DNA of 64,000 nt. It comes from the human T2T-CHM13v2.0 reference genome, Homo sapiens. This document shows positions 16,130 through 31,600 of the stretch, piece by piece. A program made the position numbers and the translations under genes. Below the pieces are notes generated by a model, which was not told the DNA's origin, did no database searches, and saw nothing but the letters and a program-made list of their open reading frames with translations. The stretch's first letter is position 1; every line of letters starts with the position of its first letter. The stretch is taken from the NCBI RefSeq assembly GCF_009914755.1, contig NC_060931.1. One strand, written 5' to 3'.

Positions 16130-16330
16130 ACACAAATTTAAAATTCGTAGAGTTTTCACATACACTATTTAATTTAACCTCACAACAACCCCAAGAGGTA
16201 GGCAGAGCAGCTATTAGTATCCCCGTTTTTCAGATGAGGAAACTGCAACACAGAGGGGCCTAAAGACATGCCCTTGTCTGCTTAGTAAGAAATGGTAGAG
16301 CTACAAGACAAACCCAGGACTGGACTTTCT
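16130..16330 (-). mobile_element. MIR SINE
   Basis: MIR core ccccgtttttcagatgaggaaactg. Confidence 0.75.
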
Positions 16331-16564
16331 GTATTCACAGTGCTGCTTGCCTTAGTTACTTTAAGAAGAGTAGAAAATAAGATTGGAAGGGCAGGTAGGG
16401 GCCAGATCACGGAGGATCTTGAATTCCAGGCAATGCAGAATCATTCAAGCAGTATTGGGGGTTTTTTTGTTTGTTTTGGTGGAGTTTTTTGATTGGTGTT
16501 TTAAATCAGAGTTTATCAGAATAAGTAGGGCAAAGGTATGTATAATAGATTAAGGAAAAGGTAG

Positions 16565-17454
16565 TGTATCAGTTTAGGTATAGTCAGGATACAGAAGCCA
16601 CCACAGTAATTTCAGTAGGAAACATTTAGTATAAAAAATTATTTAAGTATAATAGGGGAGTAACCATAAAGATGTAAGATAACTCAAAAAAGAACACTAT
16701 GTTTGATGGAGAATACAAAAAGAAAAAGAGAATACAAAAAGTAGAAGAAACTAGGAAGGAGGGCTGCCTCCCCAAGGCTGGAGTAAAGACCTCATTGGAG
16801 AAGGTATGTTTGCAGCCCACTGGATAATGAAGAGGTTTGCTGGGTTGGCCAGGTCAGCGTTGGTCTTTAGTCACCAGAGAGCAGCAGACAACCCTCTAGG
16901 GAGCAGGCAAGCTGAGGATGGTGGGTGGACACACACACAGAATCACTGCTGCTGGTTTGCGAGGTGTGAAGCACCTGCTATCCATGGTGGGACAGTTACA
17001 AAAACAACCTTCTGAAGAGCAGGTAAGCCAAAACACGTGGACAGACACACAGAAGAAATCAGGATGCCACTGCTAGCACAAGGCCTGGAACACACCAGTG
17101 CCCACATTGAGAGAGTCACAGCAAGGCAGACGCTGGGTCCAGGCCAGGCCTTTGAGGTCACCATGAGACTGCAAGTTCTGGGGCACATCTGGAGCAGACT
17201 GCCAGTAAATGACTGCCACACACACACACTACTAATAGACCCTGACACTACATCAAGGAAAAGCAAAATGTAGCACACAGTAACCAGGAAGAGAAGACTG
17301 TGTCTTCCTGCAATGTCCTTCCATCAACCTCTACTGACACAGCTCAATATCATTCTCACTGTGACAGAGAAATGCCTAAAGAGTCCAATCCCTTATCCCA
17401 GAGCAGGTATTGACAGGTAAATTTGGAGCTGAGAGACTATTGGTAACTGGCACA
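16565..17454. mobile_element. Ancient solo LTR (LTR78-like)
   Basis: TG...CA ends (tgtatcagt...aactggcaca) resembling the recalled LTR78 termini; no clean TSD. Confidence 0.55.
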
Positions 17455-18379
17455 GAGAGCATCAAGTTCCTCCTTCTCTCTCACCTGAACCACAGTATTG
17501 ACAACATAAATTGCCATTGATTGGAACAATAATTTGGTAAAGGTCCTACAGCCATTTCCCAGGCTATTCTGAGTTCATGTAACTATGATCTCCAATGGGC
17601 CCCTTAAAAATATTCTCCTATTGCATGTTTAATGACAATTCTAATATAAAATTCTAACTCTTCAAAAGTTTTCTGTATCTTCCTTTTTTCAGGGGAAGGC
17701 AATTAGGAAAAGGAAATAGTAAAAAGGAAACAGAAAGATGGCATCTGGAAAAATGAAGACATTTGTTCCAGCATACTGTCATGGACCGCTAAAGCTGACC
17801 CTGGTGGTAAGATCACTTTGAAAAGAACTGGGACTTCAGTCAGTTAAAAAAAACTTTCCTACCTATCAGTGACTGATCCTCTTACCTGCTTGACAAACAC
17901 TTCTTGCTTAAAGTACGGGGATCAAAAACCTTTTCAACTGATCTCTTTAAGCTTAGTCACATGCATTAAGGGAATGGAAGAGACTAAAAGGAAAGAGGGA
18001 ATTAAGATGAATAATACTTATGAAGCAAGCATTGCAAAAAGTATATTCCTGATCATAGGTGTGCAAGCTTCTCCACAAAGAATGTATATGAATGGATTTT
18101 TAGAAGCTTTTTAATGTTTACCACTTTAAAAGTTTCTAATGGAGAAGGAAAGTCCAAAGAAGGAAGAACAAAACAAAACAATAGAAAACTGTGAGATTTA
18201 CCATCTATGTAGGAAATGCACTGCCTTTTCCACAAGCCATCAAACCACTAACTTTCCTTTCCTTTTAAAGTGATTCATTTTTTACTGCAAAATCATCTCC
18301 CAAAATTCCATAATACATATTAATCAAGAACCTTAAAAATTATCATATTCTTCAGTAAAGCAATTCCATTTGATATTAT

Positions 18380-18720
18380 TGACCACTCACTCATTCTAGT
18401 GGATTGCATTATACAATGCCCTCCTAATTTTCCCCCTACCTCACCCTTAAACATTGGCATTTCTGAGATCTGTTGTAGGCCTTTTCTCTCATCATGCTAC
18501 TCATCCATCTCCTCAGTCACCAATTGCATGGTTTCAATTTCTACCTACACGCCAATGACATAAATCTGTTTCTGCATCCTAGACTTGCCTTCTAAGCAAC
18601 AGACCTATATATCCAACTAACTCTAAACATATTACAAATGTCTCTCAGGCACCTCAGAACCAACATGTACAAAACTAAAGTCATCACCTTGACCACAATC
18701 TTTCTCTTGCTCCTTTATCC
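18380..18720 (+). mobile_element. L2 fragment, left part (resumes at ~20503-21080 after the L1)
   Basis: tgtctctcaggcacctcagaaccaacatgtacaaaactaaagtcatc is L2-like; the right part starts at attctacttcctaaatat. Confidence 0.7.
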
Positions 18721-20544
<1,824 letters not shown>

Positions 20545-21084
20545 TGAAATCCACCCACCTCCCTCCATCCCCAGCAACTCCCCTAAATTATGGCACTATC
20601 ATCTAATGCCTTCTCAGGGAATGTCTTTCCACACAACCCATTCTCCACGAGAGAGAGTCATTCTTAGAAATATGTCGTTCTTAGAATGACACATTTGGAC
20701 AGAGTCATTCTTAGAAATCAGAAATCACATTACTCCATAATGAGAAGGGCTTAAAACCCTTCTAGTTACTATTAGGATACAGTTCAATCTTAACATAAAA
20801 AGTCCTTTATTTTGCCCAGCCTAGATCACTGTGTTCATTTTCCTCATCTTCCTTCACCAGCACCTTCTCTCTTGCCTCCAAGCCTCTGTATATGCTGCTA
20901 ACTCTGTAGAACCCTCTTCCTTTCCACCTAGTCCTGTGCACTTAATCTATTGCTACTCATGTCAAGATTAAGATTTTCATTCCATGAAAAACTTCCTCAG
21001 ATCCCTTGGTTTGAGATGACCGTATACTGTGGTCCCAGGGTACCCTATACTTCTCCCAATATAAGCATGTTTCACCTTTATTTC

Positions 21085-22860
21085 TTAAAAGCAGCTTTAA
21101 GTTATAATTTATGTACAATAAAACTCACCAATTTAAGGGTATAATTTAATACAATTTGATAGATGTGTCAGTTGTATAACAACGACCACAATCAAAATAC
21201 AGAACATTTCTATCAGACCAAAAAGTTCTGTTGCAACTTTCTTCAAATCAATCCTCTCTCCACACTTCTGGCTTCAGCATTAACCACTGATATGCTCTCT
21301 TTCACTATAGTTTTGATAGGGACAGGAGGCAGAGAAATTCTAGGCAGAAAAGGGTGGTGTCCCTGGCGAAGCCCCACCCTCAAGCCTAGAACCATGGCCC
21401 AAAGTGAGAACATCCCCATTTTTCTGCTCGAATGTTGCCTTTTCCAAAACCCTCCTGGCCCGCCCTGCCCCACATTCTGTACCCATAAAAACCCCAGGCT
21501 CCACTGGCAGAGGAACAGCAGAAAAGAAGAGAAGCAGCAGGGAGATGTCAGAGAAGCAGCTTGACTTCAGAGGCACAGCTTGACAGTGGGATTTGAGAGA
21601 AGAGCCTGGCCAGGGACAGCCAGACTCCAGGAGAAGACCACTTTCCTACTCCATCCCCTTTCCAGCTCCCCTTCCCACTGCAAGCCACTTTCATCGACAA
21701 TAAAATCCTCTGTATTCACCACCCTCCAATTCATTTGTGCATCCTGATTCTTCCTGGACACCAGAGCTTAGTAGCCACAGGGGCAGATGCTTGAGCTGAT
21801 TAACACTTAAGCCATCTGAGGATGGCAAAGCTAAAAGCACACTGTAACACATGCCCTCTGGGGCTCCAGGGGTCGTGGGTACCCCCCTAGATGCTGCCAT
21901 GGGGCTGCACAGAGTTCTGCTCCTGCCTGTGCCCAGAAGCACTAGTCCCGGCTCCTGCACCGCTCACCTGTGTGTTCCCCCTTCCGCAAGGGGTTCAGAG
22001 CTTTAGGATAAGTAAGTGAGGCACTGCTGTCACGAGGCCCATGAAGGGGTCAAGGAAAATGCCTTTCAGTTTTAGCTTTTCCAGAATATTACATAAATAG
22101 AATCATACAATACATAGGTCAGTCATTTGTTCCTGGCTTCTTTCTATGTTATTGCACATACTGTAATTCATTCCCTATTTTTTAATTGCTGGGCAGTATT
22201 TCACTGTATGGATGTATCCATTTGTTTATCCATTCACTTGCTGTTTCCAAACTGCTTGTTTCCAGTTTGGGGCTATTAGGAACAAAACTGCTATGAATAT
22301 TTGCATACAAGTCTTTGTGTGGACATATATTTTCATTTTTCTTGGGTTAAGACCTCCAAGTGGGATTGCTTGACCATATAGTAAATGTATAACTTTATTT
22401 CTTAAACTGCCAAATTGCTTTCCAAAGTGGCTGTTTCATTTTGCATTCCCACCAATATATGCAAGCTCTAGTTGCTCTATCTTCTTGACAACCCTTGCTA
22501 TGGTCATTTTAATTGTAGCCATTCAGGTGAGTGTACAGTGATATCACATTGTAACTTTGATTTGCATTTCCCTAATGACTAATGGTGTTGCACATCTTTT
22601 CATATACTTATTTGCCATTTATATATCCTGATTTGAAGTATCTGTTCAAATCTTTTTCCCACTTTTATATAGGATTATTTGACTTTTTTATTATTGAGTT
22701 AAAAGTTTCTCTATATAATCAGATACAAGTCCTTTATTAAATATATATTTTAGAAATATTTTATCCCAGTTCAAGGCTTACTTTTCATTTTCTTAGAAGT
22801 AACTTTTAAGGAGCAAAATACTTTATTTTTATTTGGGCTCAGTTTATCCATTTTTTAACA
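21085..22860 (-). mobile_element. Old L1M 3' fragment, interrupted by the MER50 LTR
   Basis: L1M 3' motifs (ttttgcattcccacca, tttgcatttccctaatgactaat) on either side of the LTR. Confidence 0.75.
21314..22068 (+). mobile_element. MER50-family solo LTR (ERV1)
   Basis: tgatagggacaggaggc...cctttca; 4-bp TSD GTTT (21310-21313 / 22069-22072); AATAAA near 21699. Confidence 0.87.
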
Positions 22861-23419
22861 TCATACTTCAATATTTTATTATAATGGCTTTAATAATTGG
22901 CTATCTTTCCTACTACAGAATAAGCTCAATGAGGAAAGACTACATGTTTCCCTTGCTTACTACTTTATTTCCTGTGCCTGACATGTAAGGCACTCTAAAC
23001 CTGGCACATAAGGTACTCAACAATATTTAATTAATTGATTGTAATTGGTAAAAACATGGAGATATAATTAAGTTTTCTGTACTTGACAAACCAATCATAT
23101 TACCTGCCACACTCACAGCCTGCTAAGCTGCCATATTTTGTGTCACATGGTTCTATTCTTTCTACTTTCTTCCTTTGTGGCTACATATCATTGGGCTAGA
23201 GAGAAGCAAGGTTACCTAATCCCCAGGCTGACCATCTAACTACACCCAGTCCTGATGTGGGAAAAGTCTATTCAAACAGAGGCAAGCTAGACCAATCAGA
23301 GTCTTTTTATTAAAGATTCGAGTTGCAAAATACTATAGGGAATAGGCAGATAATAGATATGAAACTGAAACAAAGGCCATGAAGCAGAACAAAGGCTATG
23401 AAAATGTTTGTTTTCTTAT

Positions 23420-23691
23420 ATTTTTAGAGACAAGGTGTCACTCTGTTGCCCAGGCAGGAGTATAATAGCGTAGTCATAGCTCACTGCAGCCTGGAACTCC
23501 TGGGCTCAAGTAATCCTAAGCTTCCCAAGTAGCTAGGACTACAGGTATGCACCACCACGCCCAGGTCTTTTGCTAGAGATGGGGTCTTGGTACGTTACCC
23601 AAGCTGGTCTCAAACTGCTGGTCTCAAGTGATCCTCCAACCTCAGCCTCCCAAAGCACTAGGATTGCAGGTGTGACTCACTGCACCCAGCC
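23420..23691 (-). mobile_element. AluJ-type SINE
   Basis: Diverged antisense dimeric Alu. Confidence 0.85.
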
Positions 23692-25156
23692 AAGATAATA
23701 TTCAGAAGATGAATCTGTGAGGTAGCTAAAAGAAAAGAAGTATACTATGGTGGTCATCAACTTGATCACACATCTGAAACTTGAAAAGCTTCTTAAAAAT
23801 TCATTCACCAGGTCTCATAGAATTTAATTCAACAAATATTTATTGAGTCCCTAATTTGTGCCAGACACTGTGATAGTCACTAGGATAACAGCTATCCTAT
23901 ACTCATGGATCTCACAGTTTAGAGAAACAAAAAGAAAAAAAGTAAACAAAATAATTATCAATCATAATAACATAATTTTTAAAAAGAACTGAAAATAGAA
24001 AAAAGAAAATAAAAACAGTAAAACCAACTCTAGACGAGATGTTCAGGGATGGCATGACTGAAGAGAGAATATTTAGCAAGTTCTCCTGTCAGTGAGAATG
24101 GAGAATGGGAAGACCACAGAGGCTTTCAAGACTGGAGTGCCAAAACCTTGTGGCTTTACCTACTTTTTACTGGCCAAAACAAGTTATGAGACAAGCCCAG
24201 ATTCAAGGAGTGGGAAAATAGACTCCATCACAAATGGAAAAAGCTGCAAAGTCTGAAATGGCTGTGAGTACAGACAGGCTGTTAATTGTGCCATCAACAC
24301 ACTCAATCCACCTCAGCTACCACCACTGTGTGTAGACTCCTGACATGCTCGGCTTCCTCACTGGAAGCTACCATTCTGGAGTTAGTCTCCAGCTGGATCC
24401 TTCCTCTCAAGATCTGTCCTGCCTTCTATACCACCTCTTATATTCCATCTGCTTCCTTCACTCCATTTCCTATTGCCTTGAATGAACCACTGGGGCTCCC
24501 ACTACCATTCAGATGAGTTCCAAGAGGCTTATAACTTCTAAGCACTGTCTCTGCCATGACAACAAATCTAAGCTGTCTTTCTGAGGATGAAATACCAACC
24601 TACAGCCAGCAGATATTCAAACATGTGAACAAGTCCAGCCAAGATCAGCAGGGCAAACTTCCAGACCCATAGCTAACCATAGATGCCTAAGTGAGCCCAG
24701 TTAAGACCAGAATAACTATCTTACTGATCTATAAATTCCAGAATAACTACACCATGGTCCATAGACTTCCACCGATTCCAATCCAATTATAAACAGCAAC
24801 CATAGCAGAAACGCAGTCTTGTAGACTAGACCATGATGGTGGGAGGTGGGGGAAAGCAGAACTACAACTTAGTGCTAACATGATAAGTCAGTAGTGGTAA
24901 TCCTAAGAGTGGAACTGGCAAGGAGATTTAGGGGAGTAATTCTGATCATAATTTAGGATCCTGAATATGGGCAGGGGAAAACCATGAGTCTGATTTTGGA
25001 CAATTTTGATGGAGATAGTAGAGATGTTTGACAACAGTTGGCAATGTGGACCCAAGGTTTGGAAAACAGTTGCTGGTAGAAGAGCTAGCAATGAGATTAG
25101 AGGAGAGAAAAGGAGAGAAAAGGCTGCTGCTGTAGCCTTGGTTAAGGCTAAATTAG

Positions 25157-25653
<497 letters not shown>

Positions 25654-28600
25654 TCAGTGAATGAAAATGAACAAATATTTTAAGACTGACTCACAGTGAG
25701 AATTATAGTAAAATAAGGACTTTAATTTATAATTTTGAAGTATTTAACAAAGTTTTTGTAAATGTCATGCAGGCCTAGCATCAATAGAACAAAGCAGATG
25801 GGGAAAAAAGTGACCAGGAAGATAGCCAGTGTAGGAGTCTCAAGAAGAAAGGTATTTATCAGGAAAATATAACTACTATTTTTATAAAATTCCTGCAATT
25901 GCTTATAAAAACCACAATACTCCTTGAAGTCTGAAAACATTTTGAATATGCTTCACTTTGCAGATTTAGAAATAGTTCCCTGGTGAGGGTTCAGTTTTGA
26001 AGGAAGAGGAGCCAACAAAAAAAAAAATCAGATTGCATAAGAAGCCAAGTATAATCTTTCTTTGATGGCACTCACTGGGCATCCTATGAATTTATAATCA
26101 AGAGCTTCTAATTGATAAAGCTTTGATAGCACAAAAGGTCACCATGGATTACTTGGTCCTGCTATGCAACATACTGTGCTCTTCACAAACATTAGCAATT
26201 AACCGCAATAAATAATGACATGAGTCACCCCTTCAAACATAGGGCAGCATCCTGAAGCCCCTTACCTGCAGTAAACAGCAGTCAGAACTGGCCTTTGTTG
26301 CAAACACTTTTCAGTTGTTTTCCATACCGCCGATAAATTCTCCTCTGAAGTTTATGATTTTTTTTCCATTGAACATATACATTTATATAGGGTATAATTC
26401 TATTCTCTCACATAAGACAACCATATTTTCAAACAAAGTTTCCATATCATAAGTGATACATGTATGAACTTGTCATTTTTGTAAATCTATTTAATTAAAT
26501 TATTCTTTCTTTTAACCAAGAACTTTTTACTGTCCTAATGACTTATTATGTTAATTCAGGGCAACTGGCAAGAAGGAATTAGGTGCCATTCTGTTGTAAC
26601 ACGTCTCATTTCCATTCCAATTTTGTTCACAATAAATGTGTTACAGTTCTTCCATTGGCAGTCAAGGAAACCTCATACAAAAGCAGCTTTTACTTGCGGT
26701 TATAAAACAGCCAAGCAATACATACGCTATTTGACAGTTTGGAATATCTGTTTTCCAGCATTCATCTGGAGCTGTTATTGGAACCATTAAAATTATTTTC
26801 TTTATAGTTTTTAAAGGCCCACAACATGTTAATTTATCCTGATGGATGGTATAATGCGTTCATGTAAAAGAAAAACAAGTGTTACATAAAACATGACTAA
26901 GCTGTCAACCACCTCCTCTTTACCTTCCTTTTAACTCTGCATGTTTAATTTATTCTCCATTGAAAATGGCAACCAATAAAAAATAAAATCCCCATTTTGA
27001 TTTACTTTTTACTTTTCACACCCCTTATCACACTGAGCAATTTTTTGATCCAAAATAAGACTGAAACTTCTGCCTTCACACAAAAGTAAACACAGATGGT
27101 CCGATAATAGTAGCGAACTTTACACAAACTGCCCCATTTGAAGCAGGCCTATTTAATGCCACATTTCATTAAATATGACCTATCTTAAATCGGACAGGCT
27201 CTCCTGCAAGGAGCCAATCTTTATCTTTATTTAAACTCAGTGTGGCCTGTCACTATAAAAGACTTTGCCTTCTTTGAACAAGGGTAGACATTAAAGCTAA
27301 AGAACAGGGTGGGCCTCCTTACCCCAGCCAGGCCAATCCAATTTACAAACAGATTGTATTCAAAGGCTCTTTTGTCAGTCTATTGTAGGATTTTAAAAGC
27401 ATTTTACCACAGAAACAATGTTATACCCACTGGTTAGGTTCTTAAGAAAGGTCATTTAAAAGGTTAAAAGCCTATTTAACCCAACATATAGTTGTGCTGA
27501 TATTTTAATAGGAATAAAACGCACCTGTGTTAAGTAATACTATGGAATGATGTATAATAATGTCTCTGAGGAAATTCATTAAGAATTCTGACCTTTTATG
27601 CCTGTGACACAACTTCTGGTAACATCATCCTCACTTCCCTCTTGCAGACCTCCCCTGCTACTGGGCAACAGGAGTTCAACTTCCTTGTCCTAAATATAAA
27701 CCACCAGTATTGGCCACTATCATCTGGAGCCAGGGCTCCAGCATAGTGGAAGATTTATGTAAGGGCGTATGAAGACAGAGACTGGGTCTGAGGGGTGAAA
27801 GTATGGGATGGGGTCTAGGAAGTTAGGAATCGACAAAAGTCTTCTGCCAGGGTACACCTCAGGCCTCACTCCTTGGTCTAGCCTGTACACCATCATTCTT
27901 TTCTTCCAGCAGCCCTGGGATTGTTCTGATTCCCCTCCAACTGCTACCACCTGTTGCTTCCACCAAGGTTTCACTCTTCCTCCTGGTCTACTGCATCACA
28001 GAACAGCAGTCTTGGCTTTTCTCCTTTGTTCCCACATATCCTTTTGAAGTTTCCTAAAGATTGTTACAGCTGCTAACAAAGGAGGTCAAGAGATAAAAGT
28101 GTTTTTCCAAATTTGCCTTCCACATCTTTTCTTTTTTAATTGAGACTAAGTTGAGAAAAAAGCACACTTGGATAACAATCGGTTTGGTGGGGGTGGGGGA
28201 CAAAAAAAGGTATAAATTTGTTTTACAACATTTAAGAGCAAGACAGCTCACATTAAATGGATATGTTCTACTCAGAAAAAAAAAAAATCTGGCTCTGCCC
28301 TCACCAGCCAGAAGTATCAAGATATTCCAATTCACTTTTGGGTGACTGCCTTCTCCTCTTCAATGCCCCCCACCAGCATGGGGAAGCAGGATGGTGCCCT
28401 GAAAACAAAGTAAATCTCTTATGATCCTTAGGCCATCATGATCACACATGAGATGTTAATTGCCTCAGTCCACCAGTCCATTCAAAGAAGGACCACACCA
28501 TTCTTCTGTGCCAGGGATCTTTTAAGCCAGCTTCCATGACAGTTATAAATGTTTGCTGTCCACAGTATCAACATGAACCACCTCAACTCTCCATCCAAAG

Positions 28601-31600
28601 ACTTATTAAAAGGCAAGGGGACAGGTTGCAACCATTCATTAAGCTATCACCCAGATTAGTACTCCCCCCAAATCTCTGAAAGCTATTTCCATTCCTGCCA
28701 GTTCTGTTTCCTCTGCCCTCCCAGAAAACCCCTCACCTTCATGCTCCCATTGCCTCCCTCCCTCAACATCTCTAATCCCAAAACAATAACATGGGTGATG
28801 GGGTTTTATTCCAGAGACCAAGAAACTTCCATTTTCATCCATGTTATTTTTCAGGTCTGCCATATAAAGGCAGTTTATAATACCTTGAAGCTAGGAATCC
28901 CAGAATCAGAACATAACAGCTCCTGGGGATAATGGAAACAACAACAAAATGTCAATAAATTATCCTGACAAATACATTTTAGAGGAATGCTCAGTCTCAG
29001 GTTTATCCAGTTATTCCATGATAGGTCTGCTGTGAAGACCAAGCCAGGACCTTAGATATGGGTACTGAGTAAATGGCATAGAGGATGAAGATGCTACCAA
29101 AGAGACCTGCATACTGGGCCTGAGAGAACCCCACCAATAGCAGGGGATGTTTACTCTCCCCTTCCCTTTTCAGTATTCTTTTCTCTCTGCTTTATGATCT
29201 TGTGATTCATTCATTTGCAATATATAATCTCTAAAGCCAACATTTATAACAGGCTTACCATATACCAGGCGGTATGACAAATAAATGATTAGTGTGATTA
29301 TTTTAATTCTCACAACTCAGTAAAATAGTTTATTATTACAACTTACAGATAAGGAAACTGACAACCTTAAAAAGTATTATATACATTTAAAGCTACAAAG
29401 AACTTATAGCTAAAAAGAGAATATAAGACTTCCTAATTATCAGAACAAAAGAACAAAACATAACAAAAATCAAAGAAAATACACCATATGGTGAAATTTT
29501 TAAAAATCAATAAACACAGAAAATATAACCTAAAATATGATGTTAATACTGAGGCAAAAAATATCTGTCATATAACTAAATGTATATGGGATAAACTCTA
29601 TTTAAATAAAAGAGTTCCAGTTTTCAATAAAGGTGGTCTAGGATTTGGTGGCCTCACTCAGAAAGTTGAACTTTGCTTATTTTGAGGGTGCTCATCCCCA
29701 TGGAGCATTTAATGATTCTGAAAGGGGCAGCTGAGAGGCTAAGCAGGGCTTTTGATAGCACTAGGTGAGGGACAGACTAAACTACAGATCCTGAAGGAAA
29801 AGGAGGACTCATAAATACTCTTCATTTTGGCTTCAGACCAAGGAGATACCTAGAAGGAAAGGTAAAGCAGAAGTAGGCAGACCTACACAGTGTTAAATTG
29901 TTTCAGTCCCTGAAATTGGAATGAGGTGAGTCACAGATTGCTAAGGCCCAAAGGTATTTGGCAGAAAACATAAATCTTCTATGGAAGAAGTTAGTATCAT
30001 TCCATGTCTCAAATGTTTTCTAAACCTTGGCAAATATGATGTCAGGTACACAATAAAAAATAACCAGGCACATGAAGAAACAAGACAGTTTGAATGCAAG
30101 CCAGAACAACTGAAAATACAAATTTAAAAAAGGCTCCAGATATTGAAGTTATCATGTATGGACTTTAAAATAAGTATTTTTGATAGATATATAGATACAT
30201 GGAAAGATATATGATATAGGAGGTATAATAAAATGTAAGGAGTGGAATATAGACGACAGGTAGATGTTAACTGTAAAATTCTTTCAACTTTTATATGTTT
30301 AAAATTTTTAAGAATAAAATTTTGGAAAAATAATATATTGAAAGGCTTAGCTTCCTGGTAGCTACAGGAGGGGAAATAACAGAAGCACAACCACCTACAT
30401 GTGGTCAGGATGACTGTGATTCTACAAGATAGAAAATAGCCCACCTGCTCAGAAGTAAGCCTTTCCTGTCTTAGTGGTCTAAGGAGAATTTAAGCATGGA
30501 TTCTCACAAAGGGAGCATCAGTTTTTTGTTGCTTTTTTTTTTTCAAGATGGCTAACTAGGGATGTCAGATGCCAGTTCTCCTCAGAAATAAGATCAAAAT
30601 TATAGGTGAATGGTCAAAATCTGAATGAAAAAATGAAGGAAGACAACCAGGATCTGTCAGAGAGTCCAGAGAATGAAGCTGTAGTGCAGAAAAGGAAAGC
30701 AGCAGGAGTGCAGCAGAGATCAACCCCTGAGAAACCCATAGCCCTACGGAAAGGGTAGGGCTTCTCTGCTCCTCTTACCCCTGTAACAATTTGCTGACCA
30801 CCAAATTTTTGAGGAGTCCCTGTGCTCTCATGACCCCAGGAAATGCTGTTGGTGGCAATCTGGGAACTTCCAGGGATAGAGAACCAGGTACCAACTCACA
30901 CAGAAGTGCCTGCATACCCCTTAGGCCTGAACTGAGACAGCAGGTGCCATATTGGTTGTTCACCGATTGTGGCCCACTGCCCTCCCCAGGGAACCTCAGC
31001 CTTTGAATTGCCACATCACCAGACCCCCTGCAAACGTACCCCACAACCCGCTTTGACTTTCACAACCACAGGGGCCAGCAGGTCTCTAGGGAACTGCAGA
31101 ATCTCTGGAGATCCAGCACTCAGTATGGGCTGCCCCTAGGGAAGGGAAGAATTCAGCCCACCAAAGCCCCACTTAGGACAAAGAAAACATGGGCATGGCA
31201 CCAACTGCTAAAGGGGAAGGTACCAGTGGTCAGAAATGGACATGGACAGGGGGTCATCTCCTGCTCCCCCATCTACTCTTGCAGACACAGGAGAGGCTCT
31301 CCCAGCTGGGGGCTGATGTGTGTGTACTTGCTGACTGCCACTCTCATTAGGGTTACTTTCCAGTGCTTTTCATGGTAGCTGCATCCCTGATTAAAGTGAT
31401 CCCCCATAGCAAGGGCTTCCACAAAGGATAGGGCCCATCTCTGCACAGGATGGCAGCATCCCAGCAATACAAGGCACGTAAGTGCAAAATTATCTGCTTT
31501 GGACTGGTATAAGAGGCTCTGCACTGAGCCCACTTTGGTGGTAGCTGTCAAAGGGGCATTCCTGCAGTCCACACCCACACTGCAGCAGGGAGTCAAAGGG

